32,000 nucleotides of DNA from Candidatus Saccharimonadota bacterium (GCA_021654395.1 AP024486.1:450001-482000); one strand, 5' to 3'. Positions 7,568 through 17,470 are shown, counted from the stretch's first letter. The notes: generated from the letters alone by a model not told the origin. Made by a program: numbers and translations.

Positions 7568-10500
7568 TCACATAAATGCGGTAAGGTTAGTAGCTCCGCT
7601 ATAGCTACTACCAAATACTTCTTTTATCTCATATCTTATTAATCTTATTCTTTGCTTTATATAGTTATCTAAATTATACCTTTCTGCAAGCTTTTCAGCA
7701 GAGTCTAAGTACTTCTCTATGCTACCCCTTGAGATCGTGAGAGTTAGCTTTCCACCACATCTTTCACATACTCCTTTTATAGGAACTCTTCTGTACTTTG
7801 CATTGCATGTTGTGCATCTAAATCCTTGCTTAAAGTATGAATGAAGATTTCCTATAAGATCTGGTAAGAAGTGGCTTAATATAAGCTTTCTAGCTGCATC
7901 AGACTTATTAACACACTCTAGCTTATCTATTAAGCTGAACTCTGCCTCTATCTTCTCTTGCATACTCTTTAGTATAGTATACCTAGATCTCTTAGGGCTA
8001 CTGCTTATAACATTTATGCTTGATAGATGTGTAAAGTTTAGATTGTCATATACTGTCTCTTTACCTAATCTACTTCCAACCGTATCAAGCTGTAGATCTC
8101 CAGGCATCTTTCCTTCAAGAGTCGCTCTATAGAAATTTAGATCATAACATGATTGTACCTCCATCTCATGAACCTCGTCATCAACCTCCTCTGGATGTAC
8201 ATTAACAGTTAGTACTATAGGGGCATCCATAGTACCTCCTATAGTTGATGGAAGATAGTTTCTAGAGAAGTTTATAAGCGCATCTAGTAGAAGCATCATT
8301 GTATCCTCATCTCCATCGCAGTTTCTTCTTCTTGCTGATATAGTGTATGGGTGAGCAAGTATGGCATTAACATCCATATAGCCAACTATTCTATTCAGAA
8401 CTCCTGCAGATGTATGCGGAGATAATGTAATAACATACTGTCCAATAATATCCTCGCTGCTCTTTAGATTATAGAATCTCTCAAGGCCATAGTACTTCTC
8501 TAAGAGCTCATCTATATAGTTTGCTACATTATATAGAAATTCTAATGCTTTCTTAGGTATTATTATATCCTGATGCCTTAACTCTATAAGCTGATCATCT
8601 CTTTCTAATGGAGCTCCTTTATAGTCTGTAGTATATCCAAGCTGCCTCGCCTTCTCAACTGTTATCCCAACCTCTCTTGGATAGAAGTGAGTTATAGGTA
8701 CATCTGTTCCATCAAATCTAGCAGTTCCGTCCTTAAAGATATGTACATTATGCTTAGCTCTTAATATTCCTTTCTCTAATGGCTCTGGTATCTTATCAGC
8801 ATTAGTAAGCCCCTTAATTCCCTTTATAACTTCGATATTTGAGTGCTCATTTAGTCTATCTAAGGCTCTCTTATAGAGCTCTACTATATCAATCTCTCTC
8901 TTAGAATAAGCAACTGTCTCTGAGCCGCATCTAGGACAGATCTTGTCAACTGTCTTAATGCCGCACTTATTGCAAGATCTTTGAAGTACAGCTCTTACCT
9001 TATGCTTATCACAGTAAGGAGTAACTATAAGCTCTTTATCTATAGGGCATTCGTAGTTAGCTATTGTGAGCTCGATTCCTCTATTATCGAATCTCTTCTT
9101 TGCATTATTATAAGCCTTAACTACATTTCTCTCACTACCTCCATACAGCTCTAAAGGGAATAGAACGTGCGGAGGTGGCTTCATTAGCCTCTCTCTTGCC
9201 TTTTCTGGTCTTCCAATTCTAGCTCCTATTCTGCTAGATCTCTTCATGACCTTAAAAGGAGCGATCTTGTTTATAAGCTCAAGAGAGCTTTTTGCATCTA
9301 TACTTCTATAGCCATCAATCTTCTTAGGATCAACTACTATCTGCTCATTCTCTGAGAAGCCCAATGTAGCTAATAGGGCTTGGGCATCGTCATTCTCTAT
9401 AATAATATGGCTTATAAAGTCTCTATGCGGTATACAAAGCCTCTCTAGTATATGCCTTATCAGATCTACATTCTCTTTTATCTTTATAGACTCTACAGAG
9501 AATAAGCTACCATTATGCTTTATATCTGATCTGTATAGCGAATCGATAACTGCAATAAGATCGCTTACGCTTACATCTTGATACTCGTATATATACCTAG
9601 GATGCATTGGGATACCGTAGCTCTTTGAGATCTCATAAGCATCCTTAAATCTGTTCACTGATGGTATCTGATCTACACCCTTTGCTCTTAGCTCTGCCTC
9701 CCAGAACTCTTCAACGTAGCTGCTTTCTATAAGCTGCGTATTGGTTTTCTTAAAGTCTCCATAAGTTACTAGTATATCTCCTACAGATATTATCTTTTGA
9801 ACCATACTCTTATACTTGCGTGCCTCATCAGCAGTGTTAATCCTAAATGCTCTCCCATCAGTAAGCTTTACAAAAGGCCCCTCTATAGTATCTACAGGTA
9901 CTGCAACGCAGCCCTTTCCTGGTGTCTCTATCTTAAGCTGAGTTCCTACTGCTATAAAATCATCAAGCAGAATCATAGTAGCTGGATTAAAGCCTTTAGC
10001 TGCTATTCCTGTGAATCTTGATCTGCCATATCTCAATCTAAACGATCCACTCATCTTAGGATATGCTAAGACAGGTCTTCCAGCTACAAGCTCTGATAAG
10101 AATGTTGCTTCATTGCTCTCTCCTTCTTGCTTTGCCTTATCTACCTTTATAACCTTCTCTAACCAGCCCCAGTTTAGATTGAATGTATTAGCATACTTTA
10201 ATACGCTCTTTGCCTTCTGAGCGATTCCTTCGCATATAACTAATCCTATTCCGCTTCTTACCTTATTTGTTACTGTCTCCTCTGTATTGTCAAGCCTTAT
10301 CCTTTTAATATCTCTATGAACTCCAACCTCTATATCGTGAGATGCTATACTATCAACGCATACAGGACAGTTCTGTACTATTATTCTTATATGATCCTCT
10401 GGCGGCTTATACTGAAGTCTTGCAATTCTCTGATCATATAGCTCTATCTCCTCAATATACCTTTCAACCTCATTAGATGATGGCTTATATTCTCCAATAT

Positions 10501-10990
10501 TAAATACTCTTCTTAGATAATCTACCAAAACTACAGATAACGCAGCAGCAGTTCCACCAGCGCTTCTTATTGGACCAGCATATATTATAGAGGCATATGT
10601 TGTGTTATCTGGATTCTTATATATCTTTATTCCCTGCATACCTTCTGTAGGCGCTACTAGTACTCCATCTGTAAGTATAGCTAATCCTACCCTTACAGCT
10701 AATGTTAATGTTGCCTCTATACTATCTTGTTTAAATCTTTCATCTGTGCAGATGGCTTTAGCTACATCAAATGCTAATACTCTTGTAGGCTGTCCATGAG
10801 ATAGACTTCTTATAAGCTCTGCTACTCCTTTATAGCCAACTATTCCTTCTACTCTTGATGCTAGATCTGGTGCTTTAGAGATCTCAACATAAGGCTCTGG
10901 ATCATATCCTTTCTCTCTAGCTGCGCTAGCAACCTTATAAGCCTTATCAAACTCTTTATTCATTAGCTCTTCATACTCTTTAATATTCAT
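7568..10990 (-). CDS. polC: DNA polymerase II (PolD) large catalytic subunit DP2.
   Basis: The 1140-aa length is typical of an intein-free DP2. It has the N-terminal MN..EYE...EFDKAY..A...R.KGYDPE opening, several Zn-finger Cys clusters (CPVCV; CNKCG...CPRCG; CTTCN...CERCG) and the conserved SAGGTAAALSV and RRRNCDGDED segments. It overlaps the DP1 stop by 4 nt (ATGA). Confidence 0.95.
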   Translation of the reverse strand: MNIKEYEELMNKEFDKAYKVASAAREKGYDPEPYVEISKAPDLASRVEGIVGYKGVAELIRSLSHGQPTRVLAFDVAKAICTDERFKQDSIEATLTLAVRVGLAILTDGVLVAPTEGMQGIKIYKNPDNTTYASIIYAGPIRSAGGTAAALSVVLVDYLRRVFNIGEYKPSSNEVERYIEEIELYDQRIARLQYKPPEDHIRIIVQNCPVCVDSIASHDIEVGVHRDIKRIRLDNTEETVTNKVRSGIGLVICEGIAQKAKSVLKYANTFNLNWGWLEKVIKVDKAKQEGESNEATFLSELVAGRPVLAYPKMSGSFRLRYGRSRFTGIAAKGFNPATMILLDDFIAVGTQLKIETPGKGCVAVPVDTIEGPFVKLTDGRAFRINTADEARKYKSMVQKIISVGDILVTYGDFKKTNTQLIESSYVEEFWEAELRAKGVDQIPSVNRFKDAYEISKSYGIPMHPRYIYEYQDVSVSDLIAVIDSLYRSDIKHNGSLFSVESIKIKENVDLIRHILERLCIPHRDFISHIIIENDDAQALLATLGFSENEQIVVDPKKIDGYRSIDAKSSLELINKIAPFKVMKRSSRIGARIGRPEKARERLMKPPPHVLFPLELYGGSERNVVKAYNNAKKRFDNRGIELTIANYECPIDKELIVTPYCDKHKVRAVLQRSCNKCGIKTVDKICPRCGSETVAYSKREIDIVELYKRALDRLNEHSNIEVIKGIKGLTNADKIPEPLEKGILRAKHNVHIFKDGTARFDGTDVPITHFYPREVGITVEKARQLGYTTDYKGAPLERDDQLIELRHQDIIIPKKALEFLYNVANYIDELLEKYYGLERFYNLKSSEDIIGQYVITLSPHTSAGVLNRIVGYMDVNAILAHPYTISARRRNCDGDEDTMMLLLDALINFSRNYLPSTIGGTMDAPIVLTVNVHPEEVDDEVHEMEVQSCYDLNFYRATLEGKMPGDLQLDTVGSRLGKETVYDNLNFTHLSSINVISSSPKRSRYTILKSMQEKIEAEFSLIDKLECVNKSDAARKLILSHFLPDLIGNLHSYFKQGFRCTTCNAKYRRVPIKGVCERCGGKLTLTISRGSIEKYLDSAEKLAERYNLDNYIKQRIRLIRYEIKEVFGSSYSGATNLTAFM

Positions 10991-12486
10991 CTATACTCAC
11001 CACTAAAGTCCATAGATACGAGATTATTATTCTTTAATCCGTAGGCATAAAAGTTGCAAGGAGTTGGATTATGTCCTAGCTTTATCTGGTATATTGTCTT
11101 AGCCTGCCAAGTACCGCTATTTATAAGTATGCTTCCTTTATGCGTTGCAAAGTCATTCTTATGTATATGTCCTGTATGAAATATATCTGGATCTATCTCC
11201 ATTACTAGATTATCCTCAGCAGATGGTATAACAGGATTCATTCCATATACTGGAGATAGATGCCTCTTTCTTAATAGCTGCAGCATTACCTCTGCTGGCT
11301 TATCATAGCTAAGCCCTGGTATAGACTTAATCATGGAGTCTATAGATGCGCCATGGTATCCAACAAGATTAAACTTATGTACGCTTATATACATAGGATT
11401 TGGTAGTATAGATATATTATCTGCAGCATTCTTAAACTCTCTTATTATGTCTTCTGGTAATGGTGGCTGCGGCTCAGCTAAAGCTACAGCATCATGATTT
11501 CCAGGTGCTAGGAATATATGTATGTAATCCGGTACATCTGAAAGCAGATCAAACAGATATCTATACTGAAGATATATATCTGCTATACTAAGCTCTCTTT
11601 CTTGCTCAGGGTATACCCCTATTCCATCTACTAGATCTCCTGAGATTACGAGATACTTTATCTTGCCGCTTATGCTATTTTCGTCCTTGCTATTCAACCA
11701 ACTCAAGAATGCTCTAAAGTTCTTCTCTAAGAATAGCTTGCTACCTACATGTATATCTGATAAAAATCCTATATAGATATCATCTTCTGATCTCTTATTC
11801 TTAACTGATGTATCTGGGAAGTATATATTACTGACTAAGAGCAGATCCTTCGAGATGAGCTTTCCCTTAACAGCTATTACCTCATCATTTACAAGATATC
11901 TCGCATCCTTCTCTAGCTCAGTATTCCCTCTATTCATCGGTATAATAGCATTTATAGAGCCAGTTTCATCCTCAATAGTTATTGTTATATTGCCGTTCTT
12001 TGTATCTCTCTTATCTCTTATTATGCCAGCAGTTACAAATGTTCTTCCAGATGCGTAGTTATCTATGCTATTTATATTTACTAGCTCATTTCTTATCTCT
12101 AAGTTATTTCTAAGGATCTTATCTCTAATCTTAAATAGTCTGCTTCTAAAGTAGCTTACAAAGTCATTTGCTGTTGCATTACAGTAGCTATCCTTTGTAT
12201 TGTAGATCTTATACTCTGCCTCTATCTCGCTTGCCTCTGCTCTATAGCTCTTATTTAAGACCTCTACTCTCTCTGGCTTTGAGCTCTTTATAGATTCTAT
12301 TATGCTTGATAGCTTATTCTTATCTAGTACTACTAAGCCTTTCTCATCCTTATACTGCTTTACTATATAAGCGGTAAGAAGCTCAATATCTACATCGCTG
12401 ATTAGCTCTGTAGCATCCTTCTTTATAATTATATTCGGTGCGATATCTCTTAATCTGTTAAGTAGCTCTGTAGCTGCCTCGTTCAT
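10987..12486 (-). CDS. polB: DNA polymerase II (PolD) small exonuclease subunit DP1.
   Basis: 499 aa. An OB-fold-like middle region is followed by calcineurin-type phosphoesterase motifs: FLSDIHVGS, ISGDLVDGIGVYP, APGNHD and FHTGHIH. Confidence 0.93.
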   Translation of the reverse strand: MNEAATELLNRLRDIAPNIIIKKDATELISDVDIELLTAYIVKQYKDEKGLVVLDKNKLSSIIESIKSSKPERVEVLNKSYRAEASEIEAEYKIYNTKDSYCNATANDFVSYFRSRLFKIRDKILRNNLEIRNELVNINSIDNYASGRTFVTAGIIRDKRDTKNGNITITIEDETGSINAIIPMNRGNTELEKDARYLVNDEVIAVKGKLISKDLLLVSNIYFPDTSVKNKRSEDDIYIGFLSDIHVGSKLFLEKNFRAFLSWLNSKDENSISGKIKYLVISGDLVDGIGVYPEQERELSIADIYLQYRYLFDLLSDVPDYIHIFLAPGNHDAVALAEPQPPLPEDIIREFKNAADNISILPNPMYISVHKFNLVGYHGASIDSMIKSIPGLSYDKPAEVMLQLLRKRHLSPVYGMNPVIPSAEDNLVMEIDPDIFHTGHIHKNDFATHKGSILINSGTWQAKTIYQIKLGHNPTPCNFYAYGLKNNNLVSMDFSGEYR

Positions 12487-12488
12487 TC

Positions 12489-12776
12489 TTACTTAACTTT
12501 TATTGATTCTAATATAGACAGTATATTCCATATTAGAGTTCTCTCTTGCTGCGGTATATTTATATCATTGCTTACAGAGTCTAGATCATATATTACTGAA
12601 GATATCTTTATATCTAAAGAGTCTTTGCTATTAAGAAGTCTATCCTTTGCGTTAGATATAGTTGCCCTTATGCTTCTAGGCACTTTCATATCATTTATAA
12701 GAAAGTCCATCTGCTTAACAGCCTGCTCTATAAGACTATTAATCTCACTGCTTGATCTTCTAGGCATTCTAATCAC
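12489..12776 (-). CDS. UPF0147-family small helical protein.
   Basis: 95 aa with the motif order MKVPRSIRATISNAKDRL ... DLDSVSNDINIPQQERTLIWNILSILE. This resembles the VPRNIRR ... DPN.P...RT.IW signature as I remember it. The gene sits 2 nt upstream of DP1. Confidence 0.55.
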   Translation of the reverse strand: MIRMPRRSSSEINSLIEQAVKQMDFLINDMKVPRSIRATISNAKDRLLNSKDSLDIKISSVIYDLDSVSNDINIPQQERTLIWNILSILESIKVK

Positions 12777-12789
12777 CCAATAAGTAGCT

Positions 12790-12813
12790 AATTAAGTAAC
12801 TAATTACTTAATT
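12790..12813. promoter_or_regulatory. 10-bp perfect inverted repeat (aattaagtaa ctaa ttacttaatt) within a pair of TAAGTA(G/A)CTAAT direct repeats.
   Basis: It lies between the stop of the VIT1-like gene (12865) and the start of the UPF0147/PolD operon (12776). It could be a terminator hairpin or an operator. Confidence 0.3.
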
Positions 12814-12864
12814 AAATCATTAAATATAAATAAATCTTATTAACTATAATTTAAAAGGGCTTCG

Positions 12865-13770
12865 TTAATACAGATTGACTCCTAAGGCTATCCTTACTAT
12901 ATATCCTAATAGAGATGTTACTAAAGCTGCAGATAGTGAGAATATTAGAGTCTTTGCTATATATCTATCAATGCTATTATTGCTCATAACTGCTATTATA
13001 AATGATGATATATACAAAGCCATGCCTGTAAATAGGAATGCTAATATTATGCCCTCAAGATGCTTAAATCCTATAATAAATGGTATTATCGGAATTACTG
13101 CTCCAGTTATATAAGATAAGCCAACGTACTTTGCAGATCTCTTTGCATCCTCTCTGCTGCTCTCTGCTCCGGTTGATAGATAAGCTCCAACTGTCATAGA
13201 TAAGGTACCAGATAGCGCTACTATAAGGCCGCTTATTATTACAAGTAATGGATTCTCTATAGCAGTAGCTATACCCGAGACAGAGGCTAAGACCTCAACA
13301 AGCCCATCATTTATTCCAAAGACTATATCTCTAATGTTGCTTGCCTCTCTCTCATACCTAAGTATCCTCTTCTTTATCTCCTTCTCTATTATAGCTCTAT
13401 ATCTCTCTATACTTCTTATCTCAGATAGCTCTTTATCTGATAGCTTTAGGCTGCTCTTATGCTTATTAAGCTCTTTCTCTGTGTCTATCTCTTCTCTTTC
13501 GATAAGCTTCATAGTAAATGCTATTCCAAATAATCTCCTTAGAAGATCTATTAGATAAGCATGTATCCTCAATAGAATATCTATGGATGGCTTAATATCT
13601 GCTAATCTCGCCCATCTTATAGAATCATTATACTCTATCTTATATAGCCTCTTTGCTAGCTCTCTTACCTCCTCTGGCAGCCTTGCATCTTTTGATAGTC
13701 TCTTGTAGAATAGATAGTGCAAGCTTTCAATCTTGTATAGCCTCTTATAGAAAGAATACTTATCATGCAT
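12865..13770 (-). CDS. VIT1/CCC1-family iron/manganese transporter with an N-terminal helical (ferritin-like?) extension.
   Basis: The C-terminal half has DIVFGINDGLVEVLASVSGIA plus further TM helices, typical of VIT1. I place the start at the ATG at 13770 (MHDKYSF...) rather than the track start at 13860, because the first 30 codons run into the AT-rich divergent promoter and its palindrome. Confidence 0.7.
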   Translation of the reverse strand: MHDKYSFYKRLYKIESLHYLFYKRLSKDARLPEEVRELAKRLYKIEYNDSIRWARLADIKPSIDILLRIHAYLIDLLRRLFGIAFTMKLIEREEIDTEKELNKHKSSLKLSDKELSEIRSIERYRAIIEKEIKKRILRYEREASNIRDIVFGINDGLVEVLASVSGIATAIENPLLVIISGLIVALSGTLSMTVGAYLSTGAESSREDAKRSAKYVGLSYITGAVIPIIPFIIGFKHLEGIILAFLFTGMALYISSFIIAVMSNNSIDRYIAKTLIFSLSAALVTSLLGYIVRIALGVNLY

Positions 13771-13837
13771 AAAAAGGCCTGTATTATCTCTTAATTGATA
13801 TAAAGGTATAAAAATATTATCAGAATTGCTATTTATG

Positions 13838-13864
13838 TAGATTGTGTAAGATAAGCACAATCTA
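13838..13864. promoter_or_regulatory. 9-bp inverted repeat (tagattgtg N9 cacaatcta) in the divergent VIT1 / ilvE intergenic region.
   Basis: The arms are exact reverse complements. It sits 32 nt upstream of the ilvE ATG and about 70 nt upstream of the preferred VIT1 start. Confidence 0.3.
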
Positions 13865-13895
13865 TTAAGAAGCTATCTAAGATTAATATCTATAT

Positions 13896-14810
13896 ATGCA
13901 AGCCTTAGAAGAGGAGTATATATGGATAGATAATGAGATAAAGCGCTACTCTGATTATAAGGTTGGCTTACTAAATCACTCATTGCAGTATGGAAGTGGT
14001 ATATTTGAAGGAATACGCTCTTATGCAACAGAGGATGGTGTAGCAGTATTTAGACTAGGAGAGCACATAGAGCGATTAATAAACTCCGCTAGGATCTATC
14101 ATATCAATATAAGCTATACAAAGGAGCAGATAGAGGCTGCTGTAAAGGATCTTATAAGACTAAATAAGCTTAATGACTCTTATATAAGGCCATTCATATT
14201 CTATAATTCAGAGAGTATTGGGCTTAACCCTTACGGTAAGAAGGTAAGCTTAGCCATAGTAGCTATAGAGATGGGCAGCTACTTCAAGAACAAAGATAGT
14301 GGAATAAGATGCATTGTTTCATCATGGAGAAGAATAGATAACAGCATACTGCCTCCAATGGCGAAGGCTAGCGGTAACTATATAAACTCTATACTAGCAT
14401 CCTTAGAGGCACATTACAGAGGAGCAGATGAGGCAGTAATGCTTAACTCTAGAGGATATGTAAGTGAAGGGCCTGGAGAGAATATATTCCTAGTTAAGGG
14501 GGATAAGCTTATAACTCCAAGCTTAGATTCTAATATTCTAGAAGGTATAACTAGAGATACTATAATAAAGATAGCTAAGGATCTCGATATAGAGGTAATA
14601 GAGAGAGTTGTAAATAGAGAGGAGCTATATACCGCGGATGAGCTATTCTTCTGTGGTACAGCAGCAGAGATAACACCGATAATCTCTGTTGATGATATAG
14701 AGATAAAGAATAAGGATATGCCAATAACAAAGAAGATAAGTAAGTACTATAGCGATATAGTAAGAGGCAAGGTAGAGAAGTACAAAAGCATGTTAACTTA
14801 TGTAGGATAG
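13896..14810 (+). CDS. ilvE: Branched-chain amino acid aminotransferase (PLP fold type IV).
   Basis: 304 aa. Motifs seen: HSLQYGSGIFEGIRSY, VFRL.EH..RL, the catalytic-lysine context PPMAKASGNYINS, and GENIFLVKGDKLITP ... LEGITR. Confidence 0.9.
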   Translation: MQALEEEYIWIDNEIKRYSDYKVGLLNHSLQYGSGIFEGIRSYATEDGVAVFRLGEHIERLINSARIYHINISYTKEQIEAAVKDLIRLNKLNDSYIRPFIFYNSESIGLNPYGKKVSLAIVAIEMGSYFKNKDSGIRCIVSSWRRIDNSILPPMAKASGNYINSILASLEAHYRGADEAVMLNSRGYVSEGPGENIFLVKGDKLITPSLDSNILEGITRDTIIKIAKDLDIEVIERVVNREELYTADELFFCGTAAEITPIISVDDIEIKNKDMPITKKISKYYSDIVRGKVEKYKSMLTYVG

Positions 14811-14821
14811 ATATTAATAAG

Positions 14822-14856
14822 AAAGTAGAATCTTTATATAAGTTTTCTTCTACTTT
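14822..14856. promoter_or_regulatory. 9-bp inverted repeat (aaagtagaa N17 ttctacttt) enclosing a TATA-like tttatataa.
   Basis: It begins 12 nt after the ilvE stop and ends 9 nt before the DHH gene ATG. It could be the ilvE terminator, an operator over the next promoter, or both. Confidence 0.3.
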
Positions 14857-14864
14857 AATTTAAT

Positions 14865-15965
14865 ATGACAGCGTATAATGATAGCTATAAGGTAATGAGT
14901 AAGTTTGAGAGCGATATAAAAGATCTATTTGATGATGCCCCTTTTGTTATAGGTATTGTTCATAGGCAGGATCTTGACGGTGTAGGCTCAGGGGCGATGA
15001 TAGAGAAGGTATGTGAAAGATTTAACAAGAGATCTATTATACTCTACTCCAACTACGATAGAGAAGATGCAGAGAGGTTGTATAATCAGCTATCAGATGC
15101 TATAAAGAGATATGGCATATACAAGTTCTTGGCCATAGTATCAGATATAAGCATAAATGAGCAAGCAGTAGACCTATATAAGAAGGTATTTGAGCTTATA
15201 GAGGCAAGTAATGGAAAGCTAGTTTTCTTAGATCATCATGCATTTAGCGAGAGAGTTGTAGAGATACTGAATCGCTATGCAGATATCTATATAATAGGGG
15301 ATGATCCAGAGAATACTGGAGCGACTCTTACTTATAGAGAGTTTGCTAGAAAGCTGATAGGCTTTGATAAGGCATTATTCAAGATATATGCCATCGCGCT
15401 AGCTACCGATCTAGGCCTATTTACTGTAAAGGAGACAGAGTCATTTGATACCTTATATAAAGTTATAAGCTATGCGAATGATATAGTAGGTGTAGAGAAT
15501 AAAGATGAGGCAGATAGGATATTAGATAAAGTAAAAGATCTGCTTAAGAGCGGCAGTAGCGTAAACGATAATAAAGAGCTATTAGAGATTACTGAAAGGT
15601 ATAAGAGGGAAGAGGAGAAGATACTTAATGATATAATTAGTAAGTCAATCTATATAGAGAAGGGCAGATATAAGGTAGCTGTCGCCACAAGTTTAGGTAA
15701 GTATGATCTAGATGCCTCAGTAGTATGCGACACACTAAAGCTAAAGTATCCAGAGTCCAACCTTAGAGTGTATATAAAGAATGCAGGGCAGGTTAGATTA
15801 AGATCAAATGGAGATATAGACTGCGCTAGAATATCTAAGGCTTTTGGTGGCAATGGTCATATTGGTGCAGCAGGGTTTGTATTAAAAGATATAGATAAGA
15901 ATAATATTGATGCTATAAATGATCTAATAGATCGTATTATAAGTATAGCCGATAAGCTTAATTAA
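14865..15965 (+). CDS. DHH/DHHA1-family phosphoesterase (RecJ/NrnA-like).
   Basis: Motifs seen: HRQDLDGVGSG (the DxD-G motif), FLDHHAF (the DHH motif) and the DHHA1 motif GGNGHIGAAGF. Confidence 0.8.
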   Translation: MTAYNDSYKVMSKFESDIKDLFDDAPFVIGIVHRQDLDGVGSGAMIEKVCERFNKRSIILYSNYDREDAERLYNQLSDAIKRYGIYKFLAIVSDISINEQAVDLYKKVFELIEASNGKLVFLDHHAFSERVVEILNRYADIYIIGDDPENTGATLTYREFARKLIGFDKALFKIYAIALATDLGLFTVKETESFDTLYKVISYANDIVGVENKDEADRILDKVKDLLKSGSSVNDNKELLEITERYKREEEKILNDIISKSIYIEKGRYKVAVATSLGKYDLDASVVCDTLKLKYPESNLRVYIKNAGQVRLRSNGDIDCARISKAFGGNGHIGAAGFVLKDIDKNNIDAINDLIDRIISIADKLN

Positions 15966-16627
15966 AATAGTTTCTTCTGCTTCTCATCCTCTATTCTTTT
16001 ATAAGTGTACCACTCTTTTCTTATAAAGCGCTTTAGAAGATCCTTTTTACTCTTAAGTGCCTCTATCGCTTTAGGATCTGATGGATATCCTGATCCTATA
16101 TCTACCTTGTATCTGCTTTTAATGCTTTCTATTATAAAATCTCTATTAACCTTTGCAACTATACTAGCAGCAGATACAACCTTAAAATCTCTATCAGCGA
16201 AGTGCTTGGCTATTATCTTATCCTCTGAGATCTTTACATCTAACTTATTCAGTATATTTAAGATCCTTCTTGAGAAGCTTCTCTCCTCTGTATCTGGAGA
16301 GTCTATAATAAACTTATCCACAAACTGGTTAAATCTTAAGATATAATTTGCAATAAAATCTGCTTCGAGCTGATTTAGCGAGTATCTCCTTTTAATAGCA
16401 TTATCTATTGTTGATGGACTTATCTCCACAAAATCGTATATAGAAGCTCTACTTATTATCATACTATTTGCAATCTCTCTAGAACGAGGCGATAGCGTCT
16501 TAGAGTCTCTTATTATAGAATTACTCTCTAGATAATCTAGATCAGACTCATAGAATGCTACAAAGCCGATGACAAGAGGCCCAAAGATCGCGCCTCTGCC
16601 GGCTTCATCGAAGCCAGCAATAAGCAT
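15962..16627 (-). CDS. rnhB: Ribonuclease HII.
   Basis: N-terminal GFDEAGRGAIFGPLVIG, followed by DSKTLS, IIDSPD and SIVAKVNRD. Confidence 0.92.
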   Translation of the reverse strand: MLIAGFDEAGRGAIFGPLVIGFVAFYESDLDYLESNSIIRDSKTLSPRSREIANSMIISRASIYDFVEISPSTIDNAIKRRYSLNQLEADFIANYILRFNQFVDKFIIDSPDTEERSFSRRILNILNKLDVKISEDKIIAKHFADRDFKVVSAASIVAKVNRDFIIESIKSRYKVDIGSGYPSDPKAIEALKSKKDLLKRFIRKEWYTYKRIEDEKQKKLF

Positions 16628-16647
16628 AGATACACTAAATTAAAAAA

Positions 16648-16899
16648 TCAGCTGAATCTCTTTCTATCTACTATTATATAGTCATTTACTGCTACAACTG
16701 CAACATAAGGTATATTTATCTGTCCCTCTTCTGCCTTTAGAGATCCGGATAAGCTGCTATCTGGATTTATCTCTGTTATTAGGCCCTGTATCTTACCAGT
16801 GGCATCAACCTCGAGATCTAGCAGTCTGCCGAGATCAAAGCCATCGTTAGTTATTACTCTTTTACCAACAAGCTGCCTACCTAAAAAGTACTTTGCCAT
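16648..16899 (-). CDS. PRC-barrel domain protein.
   Basis: 83 aa. The segment LVGKRVITNDGFDLGRLLDLEVDATGKIQGLI ... IPYVAVVAVNDYIIV is a typical archaeal stand-alone PRC barrel. Confidence 0.75.
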   Translation of the reverse strand: MAKYFLGRQLVGKRVITNDGFDLGRLLDLEVDATGKIQGLITEINPDSSLSGSLKAEEGQINIPYVAVVAVNDYIIVDRKRFS

Positions 16900-16964
16900 A
16901 CAAGATCACTTAATGGTCGCTAATATATATTTTTACTAGCAAACTTTATAAAGCTAATATATTA

Positions 16965-17372
16965 TCACTTTGGTGGCTCTAGCTTTATAGGCGCTACTAA
17001 GATAGGTGGTAGTAATCCTAATGAATACGATACTAAAGTACCAACGCCGGAGCATGTATATGCTAATAGGCTAAGAATCTGCTCTGATACCTCATTTGGT
17101 ACCTGCTTCTTCTCATTCCATAGCTTCTCTATATCCTTTATCTTACTTTCATCATCACTTATTAGTACATCTCCATTTATCTCCATCTTTGCAATCTCTT
17201 TGTTATCTGGAGATAGATAATCAGCTACAAATCCAAACTTTATCGTTGCTTTACTATCCTTCGTTTCTAGGCTGTCAAATCTATAAGTCATCCTTGGCGG
17301 CATCTGTCTAGATAGTAAGCTATGCTCTTTAACTTCTACTGAGACTCCTTTTACATAGATACCTTCTATCAT
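16965..17372 (-). CDS. Hypothetical protein; possible SecB-like chaperone fold.
   Basis: 135 aa. The motif order is colinear with my recollection of E. coli SecB: IEGIYVKGVSVEV vs IQRIYTKDISFEA, LLAYTCSG vs LGAYCPNI, and LLPPILVAPIKL vs FPQLNLAPVNF. This has not been tested computationally. Confidence 0.6.
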   Translation of the reverse strand: MIEGIYVKGVSVEVKEHSLLSRQMPPRMTYRFDSLETKDSKATIKFGFVADYLSPDNKEIAKMEINGDVLISDDESKIKDIEKLWNEKKQVPNEVSEQILSLLAYTCSGVGTLVSYSLGLLPPILVAPIKLEPPK

Positions 17373-17470
17373 TCGTCTTCACCTAAATAATTATTTAATA
17401 GATAGATAATTTAATAAAAGTGTATATCAATCTTTATTATAAAGTCTTTAGTATATATAAAGTAGTTTAT

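Noticed and set aside
7568-12486. Inteins or split genes in PolD DP2 or DP1, and in RFC-S at 23451-24428.
   Set aside because: The lengths (1140, 499 and 325 aa) and the continuous motif order fit intein-free proteins. No Hint-domain blocks or homing-endonuclease LAGLIDADG motifs were seen.
13771-13860. The 30-codon N-terminal extension of the VIT1-like ORF, using the track start at 13860 (MCLSYTIYINSNSDN…).
   Set aside because: The extension runs through AT-rich promoter-like sequence and the 13838-13864 palindrome, and it has non-protein-like composition. The internal ATG at 13770 (MHDKYSF…) is the more plausible start.
17420-17470. The GTG start at 17420 for the first sequon-rich paralog.
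   Set aside because: The first 17 codons (MYINLYYKVFSIYKVVY) overlap TATA-like sequence. The ATG at 17471 gives a normal charged N-region followed by a TM anchor, parallel to the paralog at 18373.
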